Shown here: piece by piece, positions 26,342 to 36,269 of the stretch | Layout: every line of letters starts with the position of its first letter | Position numbering within the stretch: the stretch's first letter is position 1 | Origin: a bacterium | GTDB lineage: Bacteria > SAR324 > XYD2-FULL-50-16 > G965216635 | Direction: 5' to 3' | Assembly (NCBI GenBank): GCA_965216635.1 | Contig: OZ244188.1 | Coordinates: 2,176,001 to 2,240,000 of the forward strand | DNA length: 64,000 bases | Program-made: the position numbers and the translations under genes | Notes under the pieces: generated by a model | Databases searched by the model: none | What the model was told of the DNA's origin: nothing | What the model saw: only the letters and a program-made list of their open reading frames with translations

Positions 26342-28008
26342 TTTTTTACTAGTTTATCTAAAAAATTTTTAATATCACTATGTATTTCTTCTGGTTTCAT
26401 TTTCTCTGCTATTTGGTAGTAATCGCTTTTTTGGAGAGGAAAATCTTTAAAAAATTCAGGCAACAATTCTTTACTTGCTGCGGTTACTTTCAGGTAATGG
26501 TGATTTCCTAATGGATTCTTCATTATAGCGGGTGGCAATAAATTTTCCATTTTTGGACGAGTAAGTATGTCTCCTCCAATCCGATTAATAACATCAGGAT
26601 GGATCAGATAGTTTTCTATTTCATAGCGATCCCAAATATGAATTTCTAACTCTTTATAACTTGATTTTCTTGCTGCATCTTCTCTATTATCACCATCCAA
26701 TAATATCAGTCCTTTCATATCTTTTTGGAGCGCCTGTAAAGCCAAAAAATGCCCCGATGCTTCACTGGGTTTGCGTCCTCGCAGAGAAAAATTGAATCCG
26801 TTAATTAATTTTTTATATGCTTCGTGCTTCAAGACTTTTGCCCAGGCTTGAAGTATATTCAAATCGCTTTCGTTTTCTATGTATAAGATAAATTTTTCTT
26901 CAGACATAGTTATATCCATAGAAGAAAGCTTTTTGAGTGCTTCTCTTACTTGATTTCTTTCTATGTTTTTAAGTAAAATACGAGGCTCGTTATAAAAAGA
27001 GATGATTTTATTTGCTGGTGTGTTATCAATTAAAACTTCAGAGTGAGTAGCAATAATGAGCTGAGATTTTTCTTTTTGCATCAATTGTTGTAGACGGTGA
27101 TAGATTTGATTTTGTAAAGCAACATGCAAATGAGCGTCTGGTTCGTCTAAAAGAAATACAGATGCAGGTCTTGCGTAGATAAATGCTAGCAAGGTAAGAG
27201 TTTGTAAAAAACCACTACCAGCATTTGCTATATCAAATTTAGGTAGACCTCCATAACCTAGTTTAGGCTTAGGTCTTTCTAAATAATCGCAAAGAATAAA
27301 AGGCTGACCGCTAGATTTTGGTTCCAACAGTTCATAACCAAAAATTTCTTTTATTTCTGCATTAAGATGTTTCCATTTGTTTTCATCTTTGTCTTTAAAA
27401 ATTTCCAAAAGTAGGTTTCTAATAATATCACCGGGTTTGCCCTGTCCAATAAGCCATTGTTGATAGGCTTCGGCGTGAATGGGTTCTTGAACGGCAATTC
27501 CTGAAAAAGAAGGCACATAAACTATATTTTCTTCTGGTAATATCGGAATATCACCTAACGGTCTGGCGTAGATTAATTCTGGATTAGAAAAATAAAATTC
27601 CATTGTAAGTTGCCATTTTTTTTCATTGGTTTTGCCTTCAAGGATAATATACATAAAACGGGGAGTTCCTACTTTACCTTCTCCTTTTTTAAAAGAAGTA
27701 GAAGCGTCTTTCCATAATAGTTTGAGCGAACGCAAAGGCATACTAAGCAAACCCTCGCGAGTGATAGCAATACCTGTTCGTTTTTTTGTATCAGGATGTT
27801 CTTTTTTTGTTCGTGATTTGTTTTTAGTGTTTGGAGAAAATTCTTCTTTTCCTTTCCATTTATTCAAAGCAAAATTCCAAGTCGCTATAGCTTGCATTAG
27901 AGTGGTTTTACCTGTGTTATTGGGACCAGCAAGAACAACAGTGTTTTCAATATCAAATTCTTGTTTTTCAAATCTTTTAAAATTTTTTAAAATAACTTTT
28001 TCTATCAT
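26338..28008 (-). CDS. ABC-type ATPase fused to TOPRIM-like domain (OLD/PARIS-like ATP-dependent nuclease)
   Basis: GPNNTGKT, AGSG signature, LLDEPDAHLH, IATHS; C-terminal IENESD, LDGD, RYEIENYL. Confidence 0.75.
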   Translation of the reverse strand: MIEKVILKNFKRFEKQEFDIENTVVLAGPNNTGKTTLMQAIATWNFALNKWKGKEEFSPNTKNKSRTKKEHPDTKKRTGIAITREGLLSMPLRSLKLLWKDASTSFKKGEGKVGTPRFMYIILEGKTNEKKWQLTMEFYFSNPELIYARPLGDIPILPEENIVYVPSFSGIAVQEPIHAEAYQQWLIGQGKPGDIIRNLLLEIFKDKDENKWKHLNAEIKEIFGYELLEPKSSGQPFILCDYLERPKPKLGYGGLPKFDIANAGSGFLQTLTLLAFIYARPASVFLLDEPDAHLHVALQNQIYHRLQQLMQKEKSQLIIATHSEVLIDNTPANKIISFYNEPRILLKNIERNQVREALKKLSSMDITMSEEKFILYIENESDLNILQAWAKVLKHEAYKKLINGFNFSLRGRKPSEASGHFLALQALQKDMKGLILLDGDNREDAARKSSYKELEIHIWDRYEIENYLIHPDVINRIGGDILTRPKMENLLPPAIMKNPLGNHHYLKVTAASKELLPEFFKDFPLQKSDYYQIAEKMKPEEIHSDIKNFLDKLVKK

Positions 28009-28019
28009 TAGGATTTTTT

Positions 28020-29225
28020 TTAAGAAGGATTTTGATTAAATTTTAAAAAAACGGTGGTAGGTTTATTTTCAGTAGATTCTATCCAAATTTCTGCCTGATG
28101 TTCGTCTAGGATATTTTTAGTAATAGACATGCCTAAACCTATGCCTTTATCTTTGGTAGTATAAAAAGGAGTAAAAATTTGTTTTTTTGTTGCTTCAGAC
28201 ATACCGCAACCCCAATCTTGGATAGAAACAATAAGCTCCTCGTTGTGTAAAGTGGTTTTATCTTTTTGTGATAGGTGCTTGTTTTGGATAGTAATAATAA
28301 TAGAATTTTTCTTGTGTCCCATTTGAGGTTTAGATGTTTGTAACGCCTGCAAAGCATTATTGAAAATATTATTGAATACCTGAATCAATAGTTCTTGGTC
28401 TCCTTCTATAAATGGATTTTGTAGCTGTTGTTCTTCTATGAGCAGTTCGTATTTTTGTTGTCTAGCTAGCGGTTGATTCATTTTACAAAATTTTTGCAAT
28501 AGCTTTTGCAGATTGATTTGTTTTTTGTTCACCTGCAAAGGTTTGGTATATTGTAAAAGATTACTGATAACATAGTTGGCGGTTTTAACGCTTTGTTGAA
28601 TATAGCTTACTGTCTCTAAATTTTCTGAATCCTCTTTAAATTCTTTTGCTAGCATAGAAGAAAAAAGGTCAATACTTGTTAAAGGGTTTCTAATTTCGTG
28701 AGCAATACTTGCAGCCATTTTCCCCATGATAGTCAGCCTATTTTTTCTTTCTGCTTCTTGTTTTAACTTTTCTACTAGAGTGATATTTTCTATATGAACA
28801 ATAAATCCTGCAGTAGTCTGGAGCGGCACTAAAGTATATTCTAGTTTTTGTTCTATCTGGTTTTTATTAGCGTAAGCGAATTGCTTACTTACAAGATGAG
28901 TTTTTTCGCCCTTTCTTTGTAGAGAAATGAGATTATCGGGAATAATTTGCATTCCAAAAAGATTATTGATCTTTTTACCCTGTGCATCTTTGGAGGCTAT
29001 TTTCGTGAATTCTGAGATTGTTTTGTTAAAATGGACTATAACGCCTTGTGTATCAGTAGCAATCAGCCCTTGTGGCAGACTTTCTATAATATCTTGTAGT
29101 TCTAGGTTTTTTGTTTTTAACTCATCGTTAAGCCTAATGGTGAGTTTTACAAGCTCTGTATTTCCACTCGTTATTTTTTGTAGCTGTTTTTCTAAATCTT
29201 TTATATCAAACGGAGTATTTGGCAT
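28020..29225 (-). CDS. Cytoplasmic PAS-domain sensor histidine kinase (FleS/FlrB-like)
   Basis: PAS region, AHEIRNPL H-box, N-box, QDWGCG, PFYTTK..GIGLG. Confidence 0.9.
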   Translation of the reverse strand: MPNTPFDIKDLEKQLQKITSGNTELVKLTIRLNDELKTKNLELQDIIESLPQGLIATDTQGVIVHFNKTISEFTKIASKDAQGKKINNLFGMQIIPDNLISLQRKGEKTHLVSKQFAYANKNQIEQKLEYTLVPLQTTAGFIVHIENITLVEKLKQEAERKNRLTIMGKMAASIAHEIRNPLTSIDLFSSMLAKEFKEDSENLETVSYIQQSVKTANYVISNLLQYTKPLQVNKKQINLQKLLQKFCKMNQPLARQQKYELLIEEQQLQNPFIEGDQELLIQVFNNIFNNALQALQTSKPQMGHKKNSIIITIQNKHLSQKDKTTLHNEELIVSIQDWGCGMSEATKKQIFTPFYTTKDKGIGLGMSITKNILDEHQAEIWIESTENKPTTVFLKFNQNPS

Positions 29226-29346
29226 CTTATCTGGTATTTTATCTGGGCATTTTATCTGGTATTTTATCTGGGCATCTTATCTGGGCATTTTATCTGGTAT
29301 TTTATCTGGGCATTTTATCTGGGCATTTTATCTGGGCATTTTATCT
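29221..29346. repeat. Tandem array of ten 12-13-bp units (gg[g]cattttatct variants) overlapping the kinase start codon
   Basis: Direct reading; on the minus strand each unit resembles agataa(a/g)atgcc, the kinase start context. Confidence 0.92.
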
Positions 29347-29405
29347 GGGTCATCTTTGGGAAAGAAAAGGAATTTTTAGATAAGTCTAGCTAATCCAAAA
29401 AAAAA

Positions 29406-29960
29406 CTAAAATTGAAATTTTGTTATAATATTATCCGCCAAACCATAATTCACTGCCTCTTCGGCAGAAAACCAGTGATCTTGATCTATATCTTTAAGGA
29501 TTTTTTGAAGATTTTTTCCCGTTTTTTTTTGGTACAAAGTAGCAATAAGTTTTTTTGTTTTTTCTATTTCCTCTGCTGTGATAACCAAATCTGAAGCTTT
29601 GGCGACAACATTTTGCATTAAAGGCTGATGAATCATAACTCTACTTCGCACAGTGATGCTGCAACAACCACTAGCACCTCCTATCAATAAAATAGAGCCC
29701 ATACTAGCCGCCAACCCAACCACAATGGTGTGGACTGGAGATTGAATTAACTGCATAAAATCGTAGATTGCCATACCGCTGCTGACCTGTCCGCCGGGGC
29801 TGTTAATAATTAAACGGATAGGCTTGTTAGATTCCTGCTCTAACATCAATAACTCTTTTAAGATTCTATCTGCAACTTCGTCATCTATTGCAGAAGAACA
29901 AATAATAGTTCTAGTTTTGAGAGGATTATAAAAATATTTTTTATTTTTTTTTTCCATCAA
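29406..29960 (-). CDS. clpP: ATP-dependent Clp protease proteolytic subunit
   Basis: INSPGG, GLAASMGS, RVMIHQP, EEAV.YGL.D. Confidence 0.92.
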   Translation of the reverse strand: MMEKKNKKYFYNPLKTRTIICSSAIDDEVADRILKELLMLEQESNKPIRLIINSPGGQVSSGMAIYDFMQLIQSPVHTIVVGLAASMGSILLIGGASGCCSITVRSRVMIHQPLMQNVVAKASDLVITAEEIEKTKKLIATLYQKKTGKNLQKILKDIDQDHWFSAEEAVNYGLADNIITKFQF

Positions 29961-30166
29961 GTTCTTATATTTTTTAAAAAATCTTTATAATTACAATCCT
30001 AAAATAAAATTAATATTAAAGCAAGGAGAAGTGATTTATAATAAAAATATCTGAGAATTTTGAATTATTGCTCCGTTTGATTGAAAAGTATTTGTTTTAA
30101 TTTTTATTTTTTGCTATTTTTAATCTTTATAATTACAATCTTTAGAAACTGTTTAATTAAATTAAA

Positions 30167-30250
30167 TAGACCTTTGAATTTGCCAAATAGAACAAAACTA
30201 GCTGTGACGTCTAGGCAAGGCTAAACTAGACAAGCAAATTCAAAAGTCTA
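30167..30250. mobile_element. Minimal 84-bp family A MITE-like element
   Basis: TIRs tagacctttgaatttg / caaattcaaaagtcta. Confidence 0.75.
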
Positions 30251-30262
30251 TTAAATTCATAA

Positions 30263-30934
30263 ATGATACAATATATACCCAACATCCTCAGTATTTCAAG
30301 ACCTTTTTTTGCCATTTTTATTATTATTCTGTTGTCAAAAGACTTACTACTATACTCTTTTATCAGCTGTGTTCTGGCGGGCATTACAGATGTCTACGAT
30401 GGAATGCTAGCACGAGAATATAAAATAACCTCTAGTTTGGGAGCTGTGTTAGATCCTATTATGGATAAATTATTTGTTTTGATGCTTTCTACTTTTTTAT
30501 TTTTTTATTACGACAAAGAAAAAGCTATTTGGCTTATTACACTGCTGACTTTGTGGTTTATTATGGTTTGGGTAAGAAATATTTCTCAGTTGTTAGCCGT
30601 ACCGATTCTAAAAATAGCAAAAAAAAAATTTAAGGTGAAACCGAAACTTTTTGCAAAATGGGGGACTGTTTTTAATTTTATTGTTTTGGCAGCACTAATT
30701 TTTTTTGAAACACTGCAAAAATTTCATTTATCGTCTACTCTTTTGCAAGACAATAAATTTTTTAATATTTTAACTATACCGTTAACAATTACTGTGGATT
30801 TTATCTATAATTACACCCATTTCACACTTCTTTTATTGATTGTCTGCAGTCTTTTTTTTGAATTGTTGATTTTTATAACCTTTTTGCCTAGGTTTATTCA
30901 AATATTACTGGGTAGGCACGATACTTTTCACTAG
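30263..30934 (+). CDS. CDP-alcohol phosphatidyltransferase (PgsA-like)
   Basis: PNILS.SR, DVYDGMLAR...G..LDPIMDK. Confidence 0.88.
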   Translation: MIQYIPNILSISRPFFAIFIIILLSKDLLLYSFISCVLAGITDVYDGMLAREYKITSSLGAVLDPIMDKLFVLMLSTFLFFYYDKEKAIWLITLLTLWFIMVWVRNISQLLAVPILKIAKKKFKVKPKLFAKWGTVFNFIVLAALIFFETLQKFHLSSTLLQDNKFFNILTIPLTITVDFIYNYTHFTLLLLIVCSLFFELLIFITFLPRFIQILLGRHDTFH

Positions 30935-30963
30935 AGACTGCTGTATTCGCGATTCTAGTTTGC

Positions 30964-32286
30964 CTAAAAAGGATAACCAAAAAATACAGTAGTCTCACTC
31001 CCTTCCTCACTAAAACCAACATCTAATCTGAAGATAAAGCTAGAAAGCACAGCACGTATCCCAAAGCCGTAGGAATTTTTTATATTTTTCCAAAGCTCAC
31101 CTATACGGGGAGCTACAGTTCCCTGTTCGTAAAAAGCAGCTAATTGCATACTCGTATATACTCCTTTTTCCACAACCCAATCAAAAGCCTTTTCTGTTTC
31201 TAGGAGATAATAGCGAAATTCTACGCCTTGAAAATTGGCATAGGAATCAAAAAACCTTCCTTGTGGATAGCCACGCAAACGCAGAGATCCTCCGAGCGCA
31301 GTAGCGTTGCCTAATCTGGCTTCTTCTGTTGCTGTGCTGAGTCTTTTTTCTAAAATATCTGTAACACCAGCATCACTACAATTTAATGGCTCTGCTATAT
31401 TTTCATTTATTTTGGCACAATCATAATTATCTGGATTTACAGTTCCCTCTTGGGTAACTACGGCTTCGGAATAGAATTGATTGAGAACTAAGACTCCTTT
31501 TTTATTTTTTGTTAGCGGAATAAAACCAGTGAGGTTATAATCGTTTTGATAAAAGGCAGGAGCCTCTCCTTGGCTAGAAGGCAAATTGTATCTTTCGTAT
31601 TGCAACCTATAACCTATTCTAGGGTCTCTACGGCTATCGGTATCGTCTAGGTAGACTCCCCATCTTCCGCCGTCGCCTCTACTAGCTACCTTTGCTGCAT
31701 CTGCCCGTGTGAATTTCCCATTCGTATCTACAAAACCCAATGGGTCAGCTTCTCCCGTGGTAATGTTGTAATAAATTTCTAGCTGCTTCTCAAAAAAATA
31801 CAAGGAAAGTTCTCCTCCTCTAAAATTGGATTTATTTAAAAGGATGTAATTGAAATCATCAAGTTGAGAATCTATGCCCCTTTCTCTTTGGGCTACAGCA
31901 AAATTATTTATATCACCAGCGTAAAGAGAAAACGTGATCAGGTCTTTAAATTCTAGAGAATTGGGAAAAAACAATCTAGAAACAGGTATATCTGTAGCCA
32001 CAAAAATATTAACGCCAAAATCTTTCCCATCTCCGTGTTTATCAAAGTTTTCGTTGGCTTCTCCTCGTAAAAGAAATCCATTCATAGCCATATCCGTTTT
32101 TGCAATGCCTCCCAGTGTAACTCCCAGTCCATAAAAACTTTGCACGCCCGGTATATTGCCCACTATGGGAAAAGTAAAAAAACTCAATTCTAGTGGCTTT
32201 ACAGGTCTTCTATCAAAAATAATCGCTTGACTTGTAGAAATCCATACAAAAAAAAGTACAGAAAATAATAGTAGTTTTGCTTTCAT
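30964..32286 (-). CDS. Omp85/BamA-like outer-membrane beta-barrel protein without POTRA domains
   Basis: Signal peptide, LGG..RLRGYPQGRF motif, SYGFGIR, C-terminal aromatic residue. Confidence 0.7.
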   Translation of the reverse strand: MKAKLLLFSVLFFVWISTSQAIIFDRRPVKPLELSFFTFPIVGNIPGVQSFYGLGVTLGGIAKTDMAMNGFLLRGEANENFDKHGDGKDFGVNIFVATDIPVSRLFFPNSLEFKDLITFSLYAGDINNFAVAQRERGIDSQLDDFNYILLNKSNFRGGELSLYFFEKQLEIYYNITTGEADPLGFVDTNGKFTRADAAKVASRGDGGRWGVYLDDTDSRRDPRIGYRLQYERYNLPSSQGEAPAFYQNDYNLTGFIPLTKNKKGVLVLNQFYSEAVVTQEGTVNPDNYDCAKINENIAEPLNCSDAGVTDILEKRLSTATEEARLGNATALGGSLRLRGYPQGRFFDSYANFQGVEFRYYLLETEKAFDWVVEKGVYTSMQLAAFYEQGTVAPRIGELWKNIKNSYGFGIRAVLSSFIFRLDVGFSEEGSETTVFFGYPF

Positions 32287-32317
32287 ATAAATAAGTTGAT
32301 TTTTTAAGAATTATTTA

Positions 32318-32460
32318 GAGACTATTGAATTAGACATTCTAGTTCAGCTATACTGCGTTGCTCAAATTTTTTATCACTCAAAATACTTCAGTATTCCTCT
32401 TGGGTAAAAAATTTTCAAGCCTTGTCTAGCTTTCCTATAATGCTAAAGTTCAATATTCTC
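32318..32460. mobile_element. Palindromic MITE-like element, family B (143-bp basic form)
   Basis: gagactattgaa / ttcaatattctc TIRs; right end overlaps the upp TGA stop. Confidence 0.85.
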
Positions 32461-33088
32461 ATTTAGTGTTATAAATTCGATCTCCCGCATCTCCCAATCC
32501 CGGTAGAATATATCCTTTTTCATTGAGTTTGTCATCTATTGCTACGGTGTAGATTTTTATTTGCGGGTGTTTTTTTTGAAAATTGGCAATCCCTTTTGGT
32601 GCTGAAAGTATACAAATAAAACAAATATTTTTAGCTCCTGCGTTTTTCAGACGATCCGTAGCCGCTATTGCAGAATGGGCGGTAGCTAGCATTGGATCTA
32701 CAAGGATTACTTTTTTCTGTTCTATGTTAGAGGGTATTTTAAAATAATACTCCACAGCTTCCAGCGTTACAGGATTACGATAAATACCAATATGTCCCAC
32801 ACTAGCATTTGGTAACATTTTTAACATCCCTTCTAAAATACCATTACCTGCTCTAAGGATAGATATTAAAGCAAACTGCTCGCTCACAAAAGATGCCTCC
32901 ATAGTCTGTAAAGGAGTCTCAATTTTTTGCTTTATAAGAGTGCTTTCTCTGGTAGCTTCAAAGGCTAATAAAGTGGAGATTTCAAAAAGCAAACTACGAA
33001 ATTTTTGAGAGTCCGTTTCTTTTTGCCGCATCAAACTCAATTTATGTTGTAATATCGGGTGTTTTAATAAGATAATATTTTTATTCAT
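32459..33088 (-). CDS. upp: Uracil phosphoribosyltransferase
   Basis: HP...HKL, ILRAG, DPMLAT, GYILPGLGDAGDR. Confidence 0.97.
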   Translation of the reverse strand: MNKNIILLKHPILQHKLSLMRQKETDSQKFRSLLFEISTLLAFEATRESTLIKQKIETPLQTMEASFVSEQFALISILRAGNGILEGMLKMLPNASVGHIGIYRNPVTLEAVEYYFKIPSNIEQKKVILVDPMLATAHSAIAATDRLKNAGAKNICFICILSAPKGIANFQKKHPQIKIYTVAIDDKLNEKGYILPGLGDAGDRIYNTK

Positions 33089-33095
33089 AGTTTTT

Positions 33096-33947
33096 TTAAT
33101 AAAATAAAGGGGTAGTTACAATTTCCCCATTAGGATAAAGCGCAATGCGGTTATAAAATTGATTGCGTTGTTGCCGACCTAAAATAATTCCGCCGCTGTT
33201 GAGAGACCAAACAGACTTTCCTTGCATTTGAATCATTTCTTGCCAACTATAATGTATATGCCCGTGACAGTAGGCAAGAAACGAATCATCTAGCATGTAA
33301 GAGGCAAGTTTTTTCCCCTGTTTTAATCTTCGCCAAAACCTATTTTTTTTACCAGTAGGAATAAATACAGGATAATGTCCGAAACCTATTTTTTCTTTGT
33401 TTAGGTTTTTTGAGTTACGGATTTTTTGTTGATATTCTTGAAAAAAATTAGAGCTTAAAACACCACGAGAAGAAAACCAAGGTCTAGGCACTGCCATATC
33501 AAAAAAAACCAATAGAAATCTATCTAAAATTTCTTTGATATGAATAGAATAATCTTTTTTTTGACTCCAGTTAAAAATAATGTATTTTTTAAAGTGGGTT
33601 TCAAAATTTTCTTCAAAGGTTACTTTTTTTGTATAACGGTCGTGATTGCCTGCCAAAACTACAATTTCCCTACCTCCAAAATAATAATCTAGCTGCTCTC
33701 TAGCTTTTTGAAATTCTTTTTTATAAGAAAGATTGCTAAAATCTCCTGTAATACAAAGTAAATCCCATTCTTTTTCTGCTATACTTTTAAGTAGCCTTTC
33801 TCTTTGGAGATTGTAACGATAACTTTTTTTGATTAAAGTTTCATTTACCAATCCTAGGAAACGTTTGCCGCGTAAATCTGCCATCTGCAATTTTGGGAAA
33901 CTGTAGTGTAAGTCGGACAAATGAATGATAATGTAACTTTTCTCCAT
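33096..33947 (-). CDS. Calcineurin-like metallophosphoesterase
   Basis: HLSDLH, TGD, GNHD, HGHIH. Confidence 0.9.
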   Translation of the reverse strand: MEKSYIIIHLSDLHYSFPKLQMADLRGKRFLGLVNETLIKKSYRYNLQRERLLKSIAEKEWDLLCITGDFSNLSYKKEFQKAREQLDYYFGGREIVVLAGNHDRYTKKVTFEENFETHFKKYIIFNWSQKKDYSIHIKEILDRFLLVFFDMAVPRPWFSSRGVLSSNFFQEYQQKIRNSKNLNKEKIGFGHYPVFIPTGKKNRFWRRLKQGKKLASYMLDDSFLAYCHGHIHYSWQEMIQMQGKSVWSLNSGGIILGRQQRNQFYNRIALYPNGEIVTTPLFY

Positions 33948-34033
33948 TTTTTTGGTTGTAATAATGTAGAATTTATTATAAACTATAATTTTTTGTTAAA
34001 AATTAAAAGCAAAATTAAACAAATACAACTAAA

Positions 34034-35359
34034 ATGAAATTAATAGGTTTAAGAGAAATTCCTCAAAACACAGTTTTTAAGGAAGGTGATATTTTTATTT
34101 TGTTCGGGGAGCTGTTTGGCAGAGGTTATGTGAATGGGCTATTGAAAGAGGCAAAAGAATGCAAAATGCGCATTATTGGCTTGACTGTGGGCAGAAGAGA
34201 TGCAGATAAAACTCTGCGAGCTTTATCAGAAGAGGAATTGAAAGAAGCAGAAAAAAACCTCGGTGGAGAGATCATAAATATCCCACTAGAAGCAGGGTTT
34301 GATTTAGAATCTGTAGACGGTGTTTCTCCTGTGAATATGATAGATGCTGTAGATAAAAACCAGTGGAGAGAAGCAAAGTTGGATAATGAGCGGATTCTTG
34401 CTTGCAAACAGGCTGCACAAAAAAAATTTTGTAAAAAATTAGAGCAGTTTATGGAAATTTTAGAGCAAAAAATTCCAGCCGATAAAAATATTTTTTTTGC
34501 GCATACTATGGCAGGGGGCATTATCCGTGCAAAATTATTTTTTATAATAGCCAACAAGGTTTTTAAAGGTAAAGGGGAGCGATTTGAATCTTCACAGAAA
34601 TACTGGAATAGTGATATAGGACAGCTTTGTGCGAAAAACTTTGACAGTGTTACTGCTGATACTTTTGATTTGTTACTGCGGTTTTCTAAAAAAATCAGGG
34701 AAAGAAACGAGGCTAATGGAGCTTCTGTTTTTTATAGTGCGTACGGCTATCACGGTTGCGAAATCTACATTCAAGATAAATTACAATGGCAAACTTATGT
34801 TCCTTATCAACAGGGGCACGCCAAGAAAAGACTGGAGAATTTTGCAGTCTCTGCGAGGTCGCAGAATATTCAAGCATCTGTTTTTAATTGCCCTGAAATT
34901 AGAACCAATTCCAGTAGTATTTTTTTAGGGGTAGAACTTTCACTCTTTTTTTTATTTGTAGCTTTAAGAAAACATCACCCTTCCAGTTGGAGCGAAGAGC
35001 AGTGGAAAATATGTCAAGATAAATTACCGCAAGAAATTCGCTTAGAAGATATTTTAGAAGAACTGGAAGAATGTATAATGAGTGCCGAAATACAAGAAAA
35101 TTTTTCTTTTGAAAATTGGCCCACAGAAAATTCTCCCGTTTTTTCAGAAAAAATTATTAGTATATCAGAAAAAATCACAAAATTACACAAAGACAGAAAG
35201 GATCTAATTAGCGATTACTTGAGTAATCTTGTTGTAGAGGCTACGGGCTCTCTCATCTTTCAGTATGCATCTTCTCCTAAAGAAGCTGTTATTTGGTTAG
35301 GTCACGATATTATAGCTAAAAGTTTAGCTCACATATATAGCAAACAAGCTCGCTCTTAA
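34034..35359 (+). CDS. FabMG-family enoyl-ACP reductase
   Basis: LFGELFGRGYVNGL, TVGRRD, PLEAGFD, HTMAGG, AYGYHG, NCPEI.TNSS match the FabMG family as recalled. Confidence 0.75.
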   Translation: MKLIGLREIPQNTVFKEGDIFILFGELFGRGYVNGLLKEAKECKMRIIGLTVGRRDADKTLRALSEEELKEAEKNLGGEIINIPLEAGFDLESVDGVSPVNMIDAVDKNQWREAKLDNERILACKQAAQKKFCKKLEQFMEILEQKIPADKNIFFAHTMAGGIIRAKLFFIIANKVFKGKGERFESSQKYWNSDIGQLCAKNFDSVTADTFDLLLRFSKKIRERNEANGASVFYSAYGYHGCEIYIQDKLQWQTYVPYQQGHAKKRLENFAVSARSQNIQASVFNCPEIRTNSSSIFLGVELSLFFLFVALRKHHPSSWSEEQWKICQDKLPQEIRLEDILEELEECIMSAEIQENFSFENWPTENSPVFSEKIISISEKITKLHKDRKDLISDYLSNLVVEATGSLIFQYASSPKEAVIWLGHDIIAKSLAHIYSKQARS

Positions 35360-35360
35360 T

Positions 35361-36269
35361 ATGAATTCTTTGTCTAGTTTGAATGCAGTTCCCAAACCCA
35401 AGTGGCTTAAAGCTGTTATTCCTTCTGGGGAAAAATATCATTTTATAAAAAGCAAAAGAACTTCTCTAAAACTAGCCACAGTTTGTGAAGAAGCACGTTG
35501 TCCGAATATCGGAGAATGTTGGGCGTCTGGAACGGCAACTTTTATGGTTATGGGAGATAGCTGCACAAGGGGCTGTCGTTTTTGTTCGGTTATGACTAAA
35601 AAATACCCAGAGCCACTAGATCCTCTAGAGCCTTTAAAATTAGCAGAAACTCTACAAGAACTTGCTTTAGAATATGTAGTGATTACTACTGTGGATAGAG
35701 ACGATTTAGAAGACCAAGGATCTTTTCACATTAGAGCCTGTATTGAAAAAGTCCAAGAATTAAATCCCACTATGCTTGTAGAAATTTTAATGCCAGATTT
35801 TCAAGGGAAACTAGATTTAGTCAATGAAATTATTCAAGCACAGCCTGCAGTCTACGCCCATAATATAGAAACAGTAGAAAGACTTACACCAAGGGTAAGA
35901 GACAGAAGAGCGGGTTACCAGCAATCTTTGGATGTTTTGGATTATATCAAAAAACAAAATAAAACAAATCATACAAAATCTTCTATTATGCTAGGTTTGG
36001 GAGAAAATGAAGCAGAAATTTTACAAACTATGAAAGATTTACGCAGCATAGATGTAGATTTTTTAACGCTTGGTCAATATTTGCGTCCTAGTTTGCATCA
36101 ATTAAAGGTAGTAGAATATATCCATCCTGATACTTTTGAGTTTTTTCACGAAGAAGGCTTAAAGATGGGTTTTAAGTATGTGGCGAGCGGGCCCTTAGTG
36201 CGAAGTTCTTACAAGGCGGCAGAGTTTTTTATTCAGAGTATGATTGGGAATTATGGTTCAGACAAATGA
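35361..36269 (+). CDS. lipA: Lipoyl synthase
   Basis: CEEARCPNIGEC, CTRGCRFC, GQYLRP, PLVRSSY. Confidence 0.97.
   Translation: MNSLSSLNAVPKPKWLKAVIPSGEKYHFIKSKRTSLKLATVCEEARCPNIGECWASGTATFMVMGDSCTRGCRFCSVMTKKYPEPLDPLEPLKLAETLQELALEYVVITTVDRDDLEDQGSFHIRACIEKVQELNPTMLVEILMPDFQGKLDLVNEIIQAQPAVYAHNIETVERLTPRVRDRRAGYQQSLDVLDYIKKQNKTNHTKSSIMLGLGENEAEILQTMKDLRSIDVDFLTLGQYLRPSLHQLKVVEYIHPDTFEFFHEEGLKMGFKYVASGPLVRSSYKAAEFFIQSMIGNYGSDK

Noticed and set aside
28927..29379. 150-aa plus-strand ORF with GILS repeats
   Set aside because: Antisense to the kinase and a translation of the 12-13-bp tandem repeat.
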